From Pelomyxa schiedti (lineage: Eukaryota > Protista > Evosea), in the NCBI GenBank assembly GCA_020536535.1, contig JAHLWZ010000714.1, positions 1-64,000 of the forward strand: a stretch of DNA of 64,000 nucleotides. The letters run 5' to 3'. The notes under the pieces are model-generated. The model was not told the DNA's origin and did not search any database. It worked only from the letters and a program-made list of their open reading frames with translations. Positions 35,220-49,223 of this stretch are shown here, one piece after another (the first letter of the stretch is position 1; each line of letters opens with the position of its first letter). A program made the translations under genes and the position numbers.

Positions 35220-38200
35220 ATGTCACGGCGTCTTATAATATTTTTCACCTACCTGCTCACAGTTTGCGGGTCCATTGCACCATTCACTGAGGATTGTACT
35301 TCCAGCTTCACGGCGGCCAAATGGAGGTTTCTCTCATGCACTGTGGAATTTTAGTTCCTTTCGTTTTCCTTGTTTTATTGTGGTTTGTTGCCAGTCAAGG
35401 CTTTCTGTGTTGGTATCTCACCAAATACACAGTGGGTGGTCACATTTGTACATTGGAGGCTACGAGAGCAGATGCGGGGACTCGCCCTCAGGATCGGCAT
35501 GTTATTTCCAAGGAGGAGGCGGCGACCGCTACATATCTTCCCAAGTAGTTGATGTCTCCACCTATGACGTCATGAGAATCAGATTCAATCTCCGCGTTGG
35601 AGACAGCAGCGTGAGATTCGCGTGGACTTGCAGCGGGCCCGATTGGACCAGCAATTACCCACAGCTCGAAGCCCAGCGTGATTCCTCAGGCTGGAGTGTC
35701 ATCGACAGCTACCCCAGAATGGGAAGCTGGGGAAGCTATGACTATTCTGTAAATGTGGGAACCACCTCAGGAATGGAGTTCAGATGGTACCAGCACGGCG
35801 GATCGGACTTAACAATCGACTATGCCCTATGGGGAGTCGATTCAATATGGGTTCAGGGAGTAAATTGTGTGCTGCCCCTTCTTGTCATCATATTTCGTTT
35901 TCTTTTTAGTTTTAGTGTTAAATTTTCGCGTTTACTGACTGAGATGTGTAAAAAGGGCCCGTTGTATCCAGTGTGACAAGACCTCCAACGACTGGGGGCA
36001 GTGTCACTATCACTGGAAACTATTACTTTAGTGGTTGTACAGCAACTGTTGGTGGGGCTGCTTGTACCAGTCCCGCGTATTTATCTGCAACGTCTATGAC
36101 TTGCGATGCACCAGTACGTTTTTTTTTTTTTTTTTTTTTTTGGGCAGTTATAACTTGGTTTCCTAATTTCCGTACGTAGGGTGGAACAGGTTCAGGACAT
36201 GAAATTAAAGTTACTTGTGATATCTATAGCAGTCTTGCCAATACCCTTTTCTCGTATGCTGGTAATGATACGTCTGTTTTTTTGCCTTGAAGATGACATT
36301 CTGTTGCAGATCCAACTATCTCTTCAGTTCCATCTATTGGCACTTCTGGGGGAACGACACAACTCCAGGTTATTGCCCTCTGGGTTTACCCTTATATCTG
36401 AATACCATTTGCTCCACATGCACAGGGAACAAACTTTGGGGGTGGTCCTCCCTCGCCCTACGAAATTACTGCTACCTTTGGTGGTGCAGCAGCAACTGTT
36501 ACCTGGGTTTCCCAGACAACTTTGACACTCACTATCCCCCCTGGCAGTGGCTATGCTTCAGTGCAAGTTACTGTTGATGGACTGACGAGCAATGTGTATA
36601 CATATGCTTACTCGGGTTCGTTAATTCGACTTATGTTATTTCACTTACTGGTTTGAATAGCTCCCTCCATTTCCTCAATCACCAATCCTTCAACAACTGG
36701 TGGACAAATTACAATCACTGGCGATAATTTTGGTCCTTCTGGAACCCTTGTATCTGTTCTTGTTGATGGAAAAGAATGCACCAATCCTTCAGTTGTTGCT
36801 CATACCCAAATGACTTGCACCGTTGAGCCTGGAGTGGGGACGGGACTCTCTGTCGTGGCAAATGTTCCTGCTTCCAGTGGACAGCAAGTTAGTGTGGCTA
36901 CGTTTTCCTATGAGGCTCCTCAAATATTCTCTTTTTCATCCCCAAGTACTGGCACCTTATCAACTCCGATAGAGGTTTGCAATATGGGAATACCTGACAC
37001 TTTATTCACTGGTTTTTTCACAGGGAGATAATTTTGGCCCAGGGGGTGCTTATCAACTCTATATCCTTTTTGATGGAATTCAACAAAACTGTGTTTGGGA
37101 ATCTCAGACATCTATGTGGTGCCCAGTACCAACTGCAACCAATATGGGTTAGTAGAGTTTTGTATTGAGTGCTTTGTGACTTTCTAAAGGTTCTCATTCT
37201 GTTGTACCTGTCATTGCAGGGAATACTGGAAGTTCTTTTGATTTTACTTATGATGGTTTGAAAAAAATTTCTTTGGTTGGTTCTCATTTTGGCTAGCACC
37301 TCAAATTACCTCGGTTTCTTCTATTTCTACAGTTGGCGGCCATATTACAATTACTGGACTGAACTTTGGTCCAACTGGAACACCTGTATCAGTAACAATT
37401 CAGGGACAGACGTGCTCTTCCCCAGTTGTAGTTTCGCATACCAGCTTAACTTGCGATTTTGGAACCGGCACAGGGGCTGACTTACCTGTCGTGGTGACAG
37501 TGGGAAGCAAGTCTGGTTCTGGATTGTTCTCATACCAACGTAAAGCCGTTTTTGTTTCTCTCAAAATCTAAGTTACTCTAGCACCTCGAATTTCTGCCAT
37601 AGAATCTCCGTCTACTGACGGTGCGGGCACTGTGACAATTACGGTAAGTTTGATATCCCCTTCGGGAGATCACTCATGCCTCAAAGGGCGAGAACTTTGG
37701 TCCTGGTGGAGCTTATCAAATTAATGTTATCTATGACACTGAGAGTACAGTTATTGCTGCAACTTGGCTCTCTGATTCTACTATTGCTGTACAGTTCCCT
37801 CCTGGGACTGGCTACCACTCCATATCTGTCTCTGTAAATGGTGTGGAAAGTGTGACCCCTTTTACGATGTCCTACCAAGGTACCCTCTTCAAAGGAAAGC
37901 TTCATTAATAACCCTCTAAAAAGCTCCTGTCATTTCATCTTCATCTAACGTTGAAACTACTGGGGGTTCTGTTACCATTTTTGGCAACAACTTTGGACCT
38001 CTTTTATCCACTGTCTCGGTCACTTTCAATGGAGTAGCTTGTTCTGAAGCATACGTGGTCCAAGCTCATGTACAGGTTTCTTGCAAGGCCAGTGCTGGCG
38101 TGGGAACAGGAATTCCAATTTTAATGACAGTGGATGGAGGGGTACAAGGCTCTGGCTTTGGCTCGTACAAAGGTACAAGGTTACGGCATATTCGTTTTCT

Positions 38201-41121
38201 CTGATAAATTGTAGCACCCACTGTTTCCGGGGCTTCAAGTCCAACTGAAGGTGGTTCTTCAGGACTCATTATGGTATTGGAGATGCCTGTTCTGTTTTAT
38301 TGTAAACCCCACACAGGGAACGGGATTTGGTCCTGGAGGGTCCTATGCTGTTTCAGTTACTTTAGACGGGTCGTCATGCAGTTCCCCTCTTGTGCTTTCG
38401 CAAACAGTTATCAGTTGCAGCTTCCCTGCTGCTGTTCTTCAGAATGATATAAGTACTGGCACTTCCCTTATCCAACTCTTGTGCCAACGTTTCCCTTCCA
38501 GCTCGTAATCATACTGTCTATGTCTCTATTGCTGGACAAGTTTCCAATTCTGCTCTTTGGTCTTATTCTGGTGAGGCTGAGCTTTTCGTAAGAATTTTTA
38601 TAACTGGCAACTAGGACCAAGTATTTTTTCCTGTACAAAGCCGCCTACAACAGGTGGAACTATTGTAATCAGTGGTTCAAGCTTTGGTCCCACAGGAACA
38701 GTTTCTTGTGTCACTGTTGGCGGACTAACATGCTCCAACCCTTACACTGTTGCTCATACCTCAATTTCTTGTGATGTCTCGCCGGGAGAGGGAATAAATC
38801 AAGTGATTGAAGTGCAATCACCGTGCCCTGATGGGAAATATGCTTCAGCAGCAGTTTTCAGCTACCAAGGTACTTCTTCGTAGTCCTTCTGGATTCTTTT
38901 GACTGAGGTGCGTAGGACCTTCTATTTCCAGTGTCAGCAGTCCTCCAACATCTGGAGGAGCTATTGTACTGACAGGAGAAAACTTTGGCGCGCTGTTTAC
39001 AGCTGTCCAGGTCTCAGTCGATGGCGTTGCATGCCCAATAACTGGATTCACGGCTCACACATGTATGGCAAACCAAAATAACGTTTTCGACTAAGTGAAC
39101 CTCCATCCAGCGATAACCTGCACGGCACCAAGTGGGACAGGTCTGCCTACGTTGACCCTTGTTGTAGCTGGAAATACACCTGCTCTTACTCCTATGAGCT
39201 ATCTTCACCCCTCTATTGAATCCACAACAACAGTGGGGACGGATGGGGGTACCACCGTGATCACTGGCTCCAATTTTGGTTCAGGGACTCCGATACCCCA
39301 AGTTACAATAAATGGACAATCTTGCCAAAATGTGGTTATCCTTTCCTCCCATACGAGATTACAATGTCTTGCTCCTGAAGGCTTTGGCTCCTCCTCTGTG
39401 ATGACAGTAGCAGTTAATGGACTAGTAAGTGATAATACTGCCTTCCCCTATGCAGGTAAATTTACGACCCTGTTCTCTGCCTTTCCATTCTGATTACCTT
39501 GATAGTTCCAACAATTTCCAGTATTACATCCACGCCGACAACTGGTGGTTTTACGCTTATTACTGGCACAAATTTTGCGGCCTCGATCAGTGCCGTTTCT
39601 GTTCAAATTGGCGGAAGGCCATGCACAAATCTTCACTACACTGAGGAACACACGCAGCTCAACTGTTCCGTCAGTGAAGGAGTTGGCCAACAGTTAACTG
39701 TGTCACTCAGTGTTGGTGACCAATCTTGTGGCTTTTCCAGTGGGTTCACTTATGAAGGTATTGAGGCTTTTGTAGCTTTCTTTGTTCTAAAACCAGTAAC
39801 CTTAGCACCTGCTTTGGTTTCTGCTTCATCGGCTAAGACTGAGGGTGGTCTTGTTACATTGCTTGGCAAAAACTTTGGCCCCTTGGGCACAACCGCCACT
39901 GTTACAGTGGCTGGTGTAAAGTATGAAACTGGCTTGGTTTCAGTGGCTCATACTCAAATTTCCTTTACTATCAATCCTGGGACAGGCTCGTCCAAAGTTA
40001 CTCAGGTCACAGTTGCCAATCAGGACTCTGTGGCTATGATGATATACAGCTATTCCAGTGCGATTGCTTTTCCACTTGTTGTAGAAATTTCTTACGATGA
40101 GCTCCCTAGGTCCGATAGTGTACTATGCTACAGCCACAGATTTTGCAGGAGGATTTACCCGTATTGAAGGAGACAACTTTGGCACTGATACATCAAAAAT
40201 AGCTGTGACTGTTGGAGGAAAGCAATGCACTGGTCTTACATTAGTAGCAGACCATGTGGCACTTAACTGCTCCATCGTAGCTGGGACTGGCAAAAATCTC
40301 AGTGTTGTTGTCGAGGTGGATGGGCTAATGGGCTCGGCACCTGTATTTAGCTACGTGGACTTTATTCCTCCAAACTGCACCATTTCAGGGGATCGTGGAT
40401 CCCAGGGAAAAGACTTCGATGTCAGCATCGATTGCTCAGAGGCTGTATTCGGGCTGGAGCTAAGTGATATTATCACAGTTGGATGCGGTGCAGAGTGGAT
40501 TTCTGGACAAGGCTCAGCCTACGTTGTTAGCATGCAAAGGAACAATTCTTCCCCGAACTGCACTATTAAACTTCCACCGGGAGCAGTACAGGATGCAGGA
40601 GGCAACCCCAATCCCGCCTCGAATCTTTACAGAGTTGTATTCTCAAGTATGCTTCCTTCCTGAGTTTGCCTTGATTCTCAACTCTAATACTTCTCCTTCA
40701 GCCAATAATAATTCGAAGCTAACAAGAAGGCTCATTGGAGTGATCGGAGGATGCATCCTTGGTGCCGGAGCTGTTACAGGTGCTGCTGTTTGTGCGGGGC
40801 TATATTTCCGGTATGTCCCAAATGCAAATAAACTAAAATGAACTTACTCCTTGATAGGAAGAAGAAAAAGGAGCCTGTTCCACCCCTTAACATTCCAATG
40901 GAAGTCCAACAAGAATCTTCTTTCGTGCCTGTGGTTTGTGCATTTCAGCAATTATGACTTTCCCCTAACAAACATTTCAGGAGGAAACCTCAATGTATGC
41001 CTCAAATTCAGGAGGATCTGACCCGGTGGAGACTGATGAATATACCCAATCAATAACTGTATCTGTTGGTTCTGGCATTGACGCAGCTCCTCCTTACAGT
41101 TCAACTAATGAAGGAGTCTAA
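35220..41121 (+). CDS. Type I surface protein: reelin-repeat-like domain, many IPT/TIG repeats, bacterial Ig-like domain, TM
   Basis: Signal peptide, then repeated P.I.S....T.GG..TI.G.NFG...V.V.G..C units, TM LIGVIGGCILGAGAVTGAAVCAGLYF-RKKK, and a stop at 41119-41121. Confidence 0.9.
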
Positions 41122-41260
41122 AGTGATTTTGGTGCAAACATAGAAGCAGTTTTGGCACAGTAAATCTGTAAATTATTCTATGTTGTTGAAATAAAAGAAG
41201 TGCCATGGTAATGGCAGAAACGAAAAGAATCAACTTCCAAAAAAAAAACACTCTTTTAAA

Positions 41261-43633
41261 CTACAAGGAGTTAGGTACACGCTTTCCCACTGTCACGTCT
41301 CCCATTTCAACAGGCCCAATTTGGAATGCTATTGCTGTTGTGTGGTCCTGTTTTGTCCACAGAGGTTAGATAGTGGAAGGCAAATCATACAACATACCAT
41401 TTTGCCAGGGTATTTTTTGTAATCAGTGGGTTGTTTGAGTCCTGGATTTGCTTCCATGTATTCCCGTGCGGGTGTAGTTGTTGCAATTGCATGTTCTACA
41501 GCCACATTTACCATTTCTGAGGGTGATACAGAGTGCTGGCTATACAGATCCTGTATTGGTTTGAGTGATGCTACACAAAAATTTGTGGGAAGTTACATTT
41601 ATAAAATGGGATAAAAATTTAGTTTTGGCCACTTCCAGATCAGGTCGTGGAATATCAGGCCAGTCATTTGCAGGAATACCCAAGTCTTTGGGTGTATTTC
41701 CAAGTTGAACTGGGTCGAAATTGTCATATATGCCTAAGAACAACTGGTTGATATTGATAGTTCGTTTTTTGGAGAGGGCAAGAAAAAGGTACCATCTGTA
41801 ACAAGCATAACGACATCCCCAGGCTTACACAAGTGGTAATAAAGCTGCAAGTTGCGTAAATCAGGACTCCCTTGGCCAATGTATGGACCCAACCGGCCTC
41901 CTGGGTCACGCAAGTCAACACACCTGAGGAAAGAAGTTACTCAGTTGCAGAAAGAAGTATTCACTTAGTATCCTTAACCTGTTTCCACTGGTGATGTCAG
42001 ATACTTCTTTCGTTTCCAAATTCCAGTGAAATGCTTTGCAATCACCCACACTAACAATCACTGCTGCCCAGTCTGGGGGTGTGTCAGACAACTGATTTCT
42101 ATAAGAGAGTTCTAAAACGGGAGAAATCAAACTTCGATGATAAAACAGCAGAGTAAAGTTGTTGTTCCAGCATCCCAGATATTCTGTGATTGTTCACTAA
42201 TCTTTTCATTCGCCTCACATGTTGCACGAAGGAGTTTTCTTCCAATTTCCTTCATATTTTATCAATGGAGATGGGCAATTTAATTGGAGAACCTGTAAAT
42301 CGTTGACACGTTCTGTTCTATCGGGAATATACTGCATGACACCGTCAATGGCATTTCTTGCTGCTTTAAATGCACGCTCCCCCCAATTGCACCCATCTGC
42401 TATTGCTATGAGTGCTCTATTTTCGTATAAAATCGCACAAAAACTATCTTTTGGTGCATGGCATAGAGTAAGTTTAGAGAAAGTGCCCATTGAGACGGCC
42501 TACCCGCATTAGGTTCACCATCACGAATTTGTACACCAGGGCGTGTTGTAACAAGTGGATATGTTGATACACTGCGGGCACATAGCATAGGTAAATTCAC
42601 ATATTCTGACCGATACTCTACCCGACTGCATAGGCACATATTATCGAGAGAGTATGTTAGTTTGTTATTTTACCTCCAATTACCACAAAAGAAGATTTCC
42701 CACAATATGGTATTAGAAAACTACACTGCCACGCCATAAAACCAACCTTGGTCCTTTGACAGCCTCGACCCTAGCACGAGGCAGCCCCATATAGAACTTG
42801 GCAGCCACGTGCATAATAACACCCCGGTCGTCCCTGACCGTGGAGCTTGTCTCGGCAGCCGCGGCGGTAGCCATCTCGGCCCAGGGGCCCCACGCCCCCA
42901 CCGCCCCCGTCCACGCCCCGTCGTGGCCGTGCGGGCACGAGAAGGACACGGAGGTGCACCGCGAGGACGTGGACATCGACGAGCCCGGCGAGTCTGAGCG
43001 AGGGCAGGCGGCGGTGGCCGAGGCCGAGGACGGGGGCGCAGCCGCAGCGAGGGTGACGTGGACGTGCGAGGGGGGCGGCGGGTACGACACGCAGAAGCAG
43101 CCGCACACGGGGCACCGAGGGGCCGCGGCCGTCGTGGCCGTGGACGAGGAAGACCACGAGAGCCTCCGCTGGAGCTGCTGCTGCTGCTGCTGCTGCTCCA
43201 CGGGGGCCAGCGGCGGCGTCGTGGTGCGGGCCGAGGACGAGGGCGGGGAGCGAGGCGACGGCGGGCCGTTGTAGTCCGCGGGCGGCGAGGGCGACGCCGC
43301 CGACGAGGTCGATGTGGTGCAGGTCGTGGTCGTGGTGGCGAGCGAGATGTAGGGGCTCGACGTCGTGAGCCCGCTGCAGTTTGCGTCCGCGATGCTGTTG
43401 TGGGCGTACGCGGCTGCCTGGTGCGCCGTGCTTGGCACCGAGGACATGGACATTGCCGGCCTGTGGCCGTGCGGCCTGGCCGCCGTGGTGTTGGTCCTCT
43501 GGTACTGGTACTGCCTCTGGTTTTGCTGCAGTTGCTGCTGTATTTGTTGTGGCACTGTTGGGGTTGCTGACGGGGATATCGAGGGTGTTGGTACTACTAC
43601 CTGGGGTGGCGGTGGTGCTGCTGTACCACTCAT
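41261..43633 (-). CDS. PP2C-like (PPM-type) domain protein with low-complexity N-terminus
   Basis: IADGCNWG, DAGTTTL, SVGDCKAF, DPGGRLGPY, LVTDG..DNFDP, GKMDHTT. Confidence 0.85.
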
Positions 43634-43965
43634 TTTTTTTCCCTCTTTGATGGTGGGTGATGGGTGTCGTTGGTGTGTTGTAGTGAAATTGGTCTTGTTT
43701 TTTGTTTTTTTTTTTTTTTTTCGTTTTCTCTTTCAGGGTTTTTTCTTCACGTTGTGCCGCCGGCCTCGGGTGCCGAAAAAAGGTGTTTTTGGCCGAAAAT
43801 TACCAATTTAATACGTTAGGCGAAGGGGACGTGCTTTGAATTGTGGTGAAGTTCTCCTTTGTTTGTCTTAGTGTGCCTTTCTGTGTGTTGTTGGGTTTTG
43901 GAATTTCTTGTCTGTTGGCAACTGGGGAGGTGCTTGGGGTTGCAAGTTTTGGATACAAGCCACTT

Positions 43966-46547
43966 TTACAATGTTCTGGTCTCTTGGGTGAGGTCTGCTA
44001 GGGGAACTAATTGCTCTTTTCCTTCCCTAGTATCACGGTGATAAACATGTTTTGGAAGTCCGCGGTGTCTGCCTGAACAAAGCATTAGTATCACCACTAG
44101 AACCCTTGTGGGGGAATCAGAACTCACCCATCATCATTACTGTCATGAGAATGAATTTGGAACATATTCCTAGAACCCCGGAGTATGAGTACGGAACCCC
44201 AGGATAGCCAACAGATAGCCCTACTGTGCCATAGGCAGAGGTAACTTCAAAGATAATTTTAAATATGCTGGCAATCTCCGGGTCAGTGCTTGAACATTCA
44301 AAAGCGGCAATGATGAAGATCGCCAGGTACAACCACCTTTAGAATGTTATCCAAAATAAGCAGGGAAATTTTAAAAGTACAAGAACGGATGAAAGGCAAC
44401 ATCAGTAAGGTATCTGCAAAGGGTCTTCAATTTAGAGTAGGGTGCTGTAGACTGTCGGGCTTCGTTTTTTATTTCTTCCTCACGGTACTTGCGAACATCT
44501 TTGGAAAGTAAATCATTCGATAAAGTGATTAGACAGCACATGCTATAGGGTATGCACTGATAAACATTGACTTAATATATCTTTTTTGTGGTGTTAAAAG
44601 GCAGAAAAAGTTGTAAAGTACCTACATCCACAATAGAGGATCCTGCAAGGCGTCCATATCTGTAATTTTTTGTTGGATTGGAAAAGTAATCAAAAGGACA
44701 TACTAAGAAGTGAAAAGCCTGCTGTTCTCGAACACACTGTATTTCCGAATTTCAGAATACAAAATGACAAGGCGGTACATGCCACTGAGAAAAAATCCAT
44801 CCAACCACCGGCATGAATATTGAGAGTTCCACTGAAACCCAATAAAAGCCACTGTATCAGTGACATTAAGAACACCAAATACAATCATCAAGATTTTGGT
44901 ATGAATGCCAGGGAATATATGCAAAGAACAACGAGTGGGTTCTGTAAGAACATCTGACAAAATTAGGTAATTAAAGGGGTTTTAAGAGGCAACATCTTAG
45001 TGGCTGTTCATATTTGGGGAGTTTCCTTTCGTATGTAAAATTTCTCGTTAACCAGACAGCAAAACGAATTCCGAGTGGGAGCATTGTATTTCCAGCACAA
45101 ATAAGAAAACTGAGAGTCAGCAATATTGTGTAGTCCGTTTGAAATGGTGCCATTCCATCTTGAAAGATGGCAAATCCAGCCTATTAGAACACTTAGTATT
45201 TATTGGATATCGACAAGAATACATTATTGAATGCAGAAAAGCAGTGAAACGCACTCCACCACCAGCAATTTACGTTTCTCTGTTGCATCAACTCATATTT
45301 TGAAGAAAACCGAAGATAAAATCCCATTATGAGGAAGCATATAGTTTGCAGTCCCCATTGATATCCAATCTGCCAAGTTGTGAGGCAAATAAACACTTGA
45401 GCCCTCTTACAATTACAAAAATCAATCGCTTCAGAGCTTGCCGCTCCATATTGTAATCATGCAAAAAAAGATTTGTTTCAGATTTTCTAGATCTTGGCAC
45501 ATTGATAAGAGTTTCACTTTCGTCACTCTCATCATCGCAAGCCGTTACAGCAATTTCGCTTGCACGCCTTCATTACTGATTTAGAGATTGTCAAAAATAT
45601 GGGGTGAATAAAGAAAAAAACTGGGAAGGAAAAAGGGTAAGAACCAACTGTGTGTGTTTTTGCCAGATTGATCTCACTCGAAAATAACGTAACACAGTGA
45701 CAGTAAGGCAGGTGCACGTACATACACCGCATATTTGCGTTAAACAAACTAATATGGCCTGCAGTTAAGTGCCTCAGTTTCCAGACTCAAGTGTGAAGGT
45801 GTGTTAAAGAGAAGAAGAGCACCAGGGAGGGTATTGTCCAGGCAGAAATATCCACAGATGTCAACCCTGTACAAGTAACAGCTGACATAGTTTGATAAAT
45901 AGCATCAATTACAGAGAGATCTATTGGAATTAAGGGTGGTGTGGGTATAAAATGAGACAAGTACCGTCATGTCCCATTGTTTTCTCTAAAATAAATATAG
46001 CAGTTGCGCCAATGATGGCACAGGACAGGATAAACGTTACATGCAAAGGTAAGAAGTTTGTCACCCACGAGAGGAACCTTTTTCCCAACTTCCCACAACA
46101 ATTTCGGAGCTTCGCCTTGCACCCCCGATTTTTCTTCCTCACCATCATTAGAATGTCCTCTCCATCTTCCTCATCATACTTCCTACTGCATCTTCGGCTA
46201 TCTGCCACCCTACTACCCACTTCTTTTTTCCTCTTCTTGGGTTTCTTCCCGTCAGAGTGACTATCTCCCCCAATCTCGTCTCCCTCAGTATCACTCTTGA
46301 ACAATTCATCCTCAAACTCGCTGCTCTTCCAGCCTGGTTGAAATGGGGCACTTGGTGAAAATGCAGGAACTGACATTGGGGGTACTGAAGTGCCCGAACT
46401 ACTAAATAGCCTCGATGTCACAGGTGACTGTGGTGGAAACATCTTGTTTGTGATGCTGCTTTTCTTCTTTGGTTCCTTATTTGCACCAACAGAGTCTCCT
46501 TCAACAGGGACTGGTGCAAAATCCTCATCCAAACTGTTTGAAGTCAT
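43966..46547 (-). CDS. TRK: Trk/HKT-family potassium transporter
   Basis: Four P-loops SAVTCTGL, SAFNNAGF, SRTAGFS, SAYGTVGLSVG, plus GNTMLP and GRHRGLP. Confidence 0.9.
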
Positions 46548-46738
46548 AAAAAAAACGTGAAAAACAAAGAAATGACAAAACAAATTTGATTAAAAAAACA
46601 CCTCTGGATGTCGTTACGCATTTTTTTCCCCCTTCTCGTGCCCCCAAACAAACGAAAAGGGAGAAAAAAAGATCAGATATTTCGAAACCTCAAAAAAATG
46701 AAGAGCTTCGGGTTATTGTGATTAGATGAAAATGACAA

Positions 46739-48444
46739 TCAGAGTGCTTTGTTGATGATGCCGACAAGGGTCTCAGCTGGAAGAACAATGGTATTGCCTT
46801 TCATACTACTGGAATTAGAGGCCTTGGGTATCAGTGCCGGAATGGCTGAAGCTTGTAGACCCAATTGTGAGAGTGTTGGTACCTGAGAGAGGGATTTTTC
46901 ATGTGAGCGCATGGTGGGGTTAGAAAAAGATATAATAGGTGGATTGGGTAGTGAGTAGCTTACTGCAAGGTTGCGGCACAAGTCCTTGAGCCATTGGATG
47001 GAGTCTCTGATGGAAGCGGATGGATTCCCCGTTAGCATGACTGCCAATTCAGTGTACCTGAAGTGTGTGAGAAGTGATGAATTACGCATCACTTACAAAC
47101 CTGGATATGTAGGTGGTGGCAATTTTATCTGTGGGTGGAAGAGCTGCGAGAGCATCGATGTTGGCTTCTATGACATGTGGCAACAACGAGCCGCACAGAG
47201 CCCCGTGCGGTGCGTGTTCCAGCATCCCACCAAGAGGTCCCGCAAAGCCATGAACAGCACCCAGTTTTGCGTTCGCGAGTGCCATTCCTCCCATTACACT
47301 TGTCACACACATATCCTCTCTGGCAGCGAGATTTGTTGGGTTCTGGTATGCAATTAAAAGTGATCGAGCAGCTCGCTTGATTCCTGGTAAAAGATGGTTG
47401 ACTCCCCAAATCATAATTTTAAATCATACCTTCTCGGCACAAGGCATCTACAATTGGATTTGGTTTGTTGCAAACAAATGGTTCGATAACTTGTGTCAAC
47501 GCATCCATTCCTTTGAAGAGGTCAAAGGGATTGCGGAGGTGACTGTTCTACCAGTAGAGGCTGTCACGAAAGGGGGAAGCGAAACCGTCAGTTCTGGGTC
47601 GATAATGGCAACTTGTGGGAGCAAGAAATTGTGCCTTAAGCTGACCTGTGAGTGGAAAATAAGTTAGTAATTTAAAATGAGGCACAATTTCGTCTCCACT
47701 TTCCGTGGAACAGGATTAAACCTTGACAGAGTGGGCTGGACTGCACAAGACAGCATTTTTTGTTACCTGGTAACCAGCGTTAGCTCATTTACTTAGCACT
47801 ATAAGGCCTTTGTCTTCAAAAACTCACTTCAGCACCAGTGCCAGCTGTTGTTGGAATTGCAATGCAAGGAAGAGCAGGCTTTGTGAGGGGTTTCCCAAGG
47901 CCAATAACTTCAAGGTAATTCATTATGTCACCACCTGTAATTCAACTCAGAGGTGTGGTTGCCTATTGAACACTACCATTTGTAACAAGGGCAGAAACAG
48001 CCTTGGCAGTATCCATTACACTTCCACCACCAAAACCAATGACAAGTTGTGCATCCAGAGTTCTGGCCATCTTAAAATTATAAGATTGATCAACTACTAT
48101 CAGACGATATACCTGCACACCTTGTGCCACAACGTCAACAGTGGGTTCTGCTTGCACAATAAACTCCTCAATAGTCATGGACTGTGCCTTGAGCCGTTCA
48201 ATCAACAATCCAGCTGAACAAACCAAAATCAATAAAAAAAAGAATAAGATATAATGGAAATGCACGAGGGGAGGTCGAATTCACAAGTGGCAAATAAAAA
48301 GTAAGGGGTTTCGGTACCAGCAGGTGTCCCACAATGCACAACAAGAGCTCGGTCGCCAAAGGACTTGGCGGTTGTTGGCACAGTGCGTACTACTCCACAC
48401 CCGAACACAACACGCCCACACCCGAACTCAAACCCCTCAATCAT
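46739..48444 (-). CDS. Iron-containing alcohol dehydrogenase (second, distinct subfamily)
   Basis: AEPTVD, GGGSVMDTAKA, YLEVIG.GK, IPTTAGTGAEVTKNAV, MDALTQVIEP, ALANAKLGAVHGFAGPLGG..APHG, SSSMKGN. Confidence 0.92.
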
Positions 48445-49223
48445 CAAGAGCTAGTAATCACAACTATTCTGATTGTTGTACCAACGGGGCCTACAGCATG
48501 GCAATTATCAAAAAGCAACCGTCCATTGCTCTCCCAGTCCCTCCGCCCTGTGTCTCCGATGAACAAGAATTTCTCTTCTTTTTTCAGTGTACAGTGCTAT
48601 CGACAGGGGCCTTTTGTGGGGGCAGGGGCGAGGGTGAGGGCGTGGGTAGAACCCTGTGGTGGTGTGTTTTTTGTTGACTGTGGGGGAGTCGGTCATGGTG
48701 CAGCATGATCTGTCGTGGTCAACCTCAAGCTCGATTCTTGGCCAGGGGGGAATGTGATTTGGTTGTCCTCCTGACTATGGAAGCCCCACCTTTTGGTTTC
48801 ATCGGTTTTTTTCCATTTGGGTGACCATTATGCATGGAATTGAACAACACCAGTTCTTGGTAATATGTGTCTTTTTCCACAAGAATATATGTATAAATAA
48901 TGTATTCAATCCTCATTGAAATAAAACCATGCTTTTCTTTCCCAGATACTCCCATCCCCTTTCCTCCCTAAGTAGCAAGAGAAAAGAAGAGATAGTGGTG
49001 TTTGTTTGTCTAAGGTGCACCAACACATTCCTCCACCAATGCACCACAGTCACTGCCACACCCACACTCAGTGATCCCCACTCAGCAACACCCAGACCTT
49101 CGCCGAAAATTCGACAGTCAAAACACCAGAATGGCGCAATAAAATAATCAACGCACCGGAACGCTGTCATTTTCGGCATCATCGCTCAGGATCGGTGTTT
49201 TTTTTTATTCAGCCAAATAAAAC

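Noticed and set aside
46739-46750. C-terminal KAL of the second Fe-ADH as PTS1
   Set aside because: Does not fit [SAC][KRH][LM]
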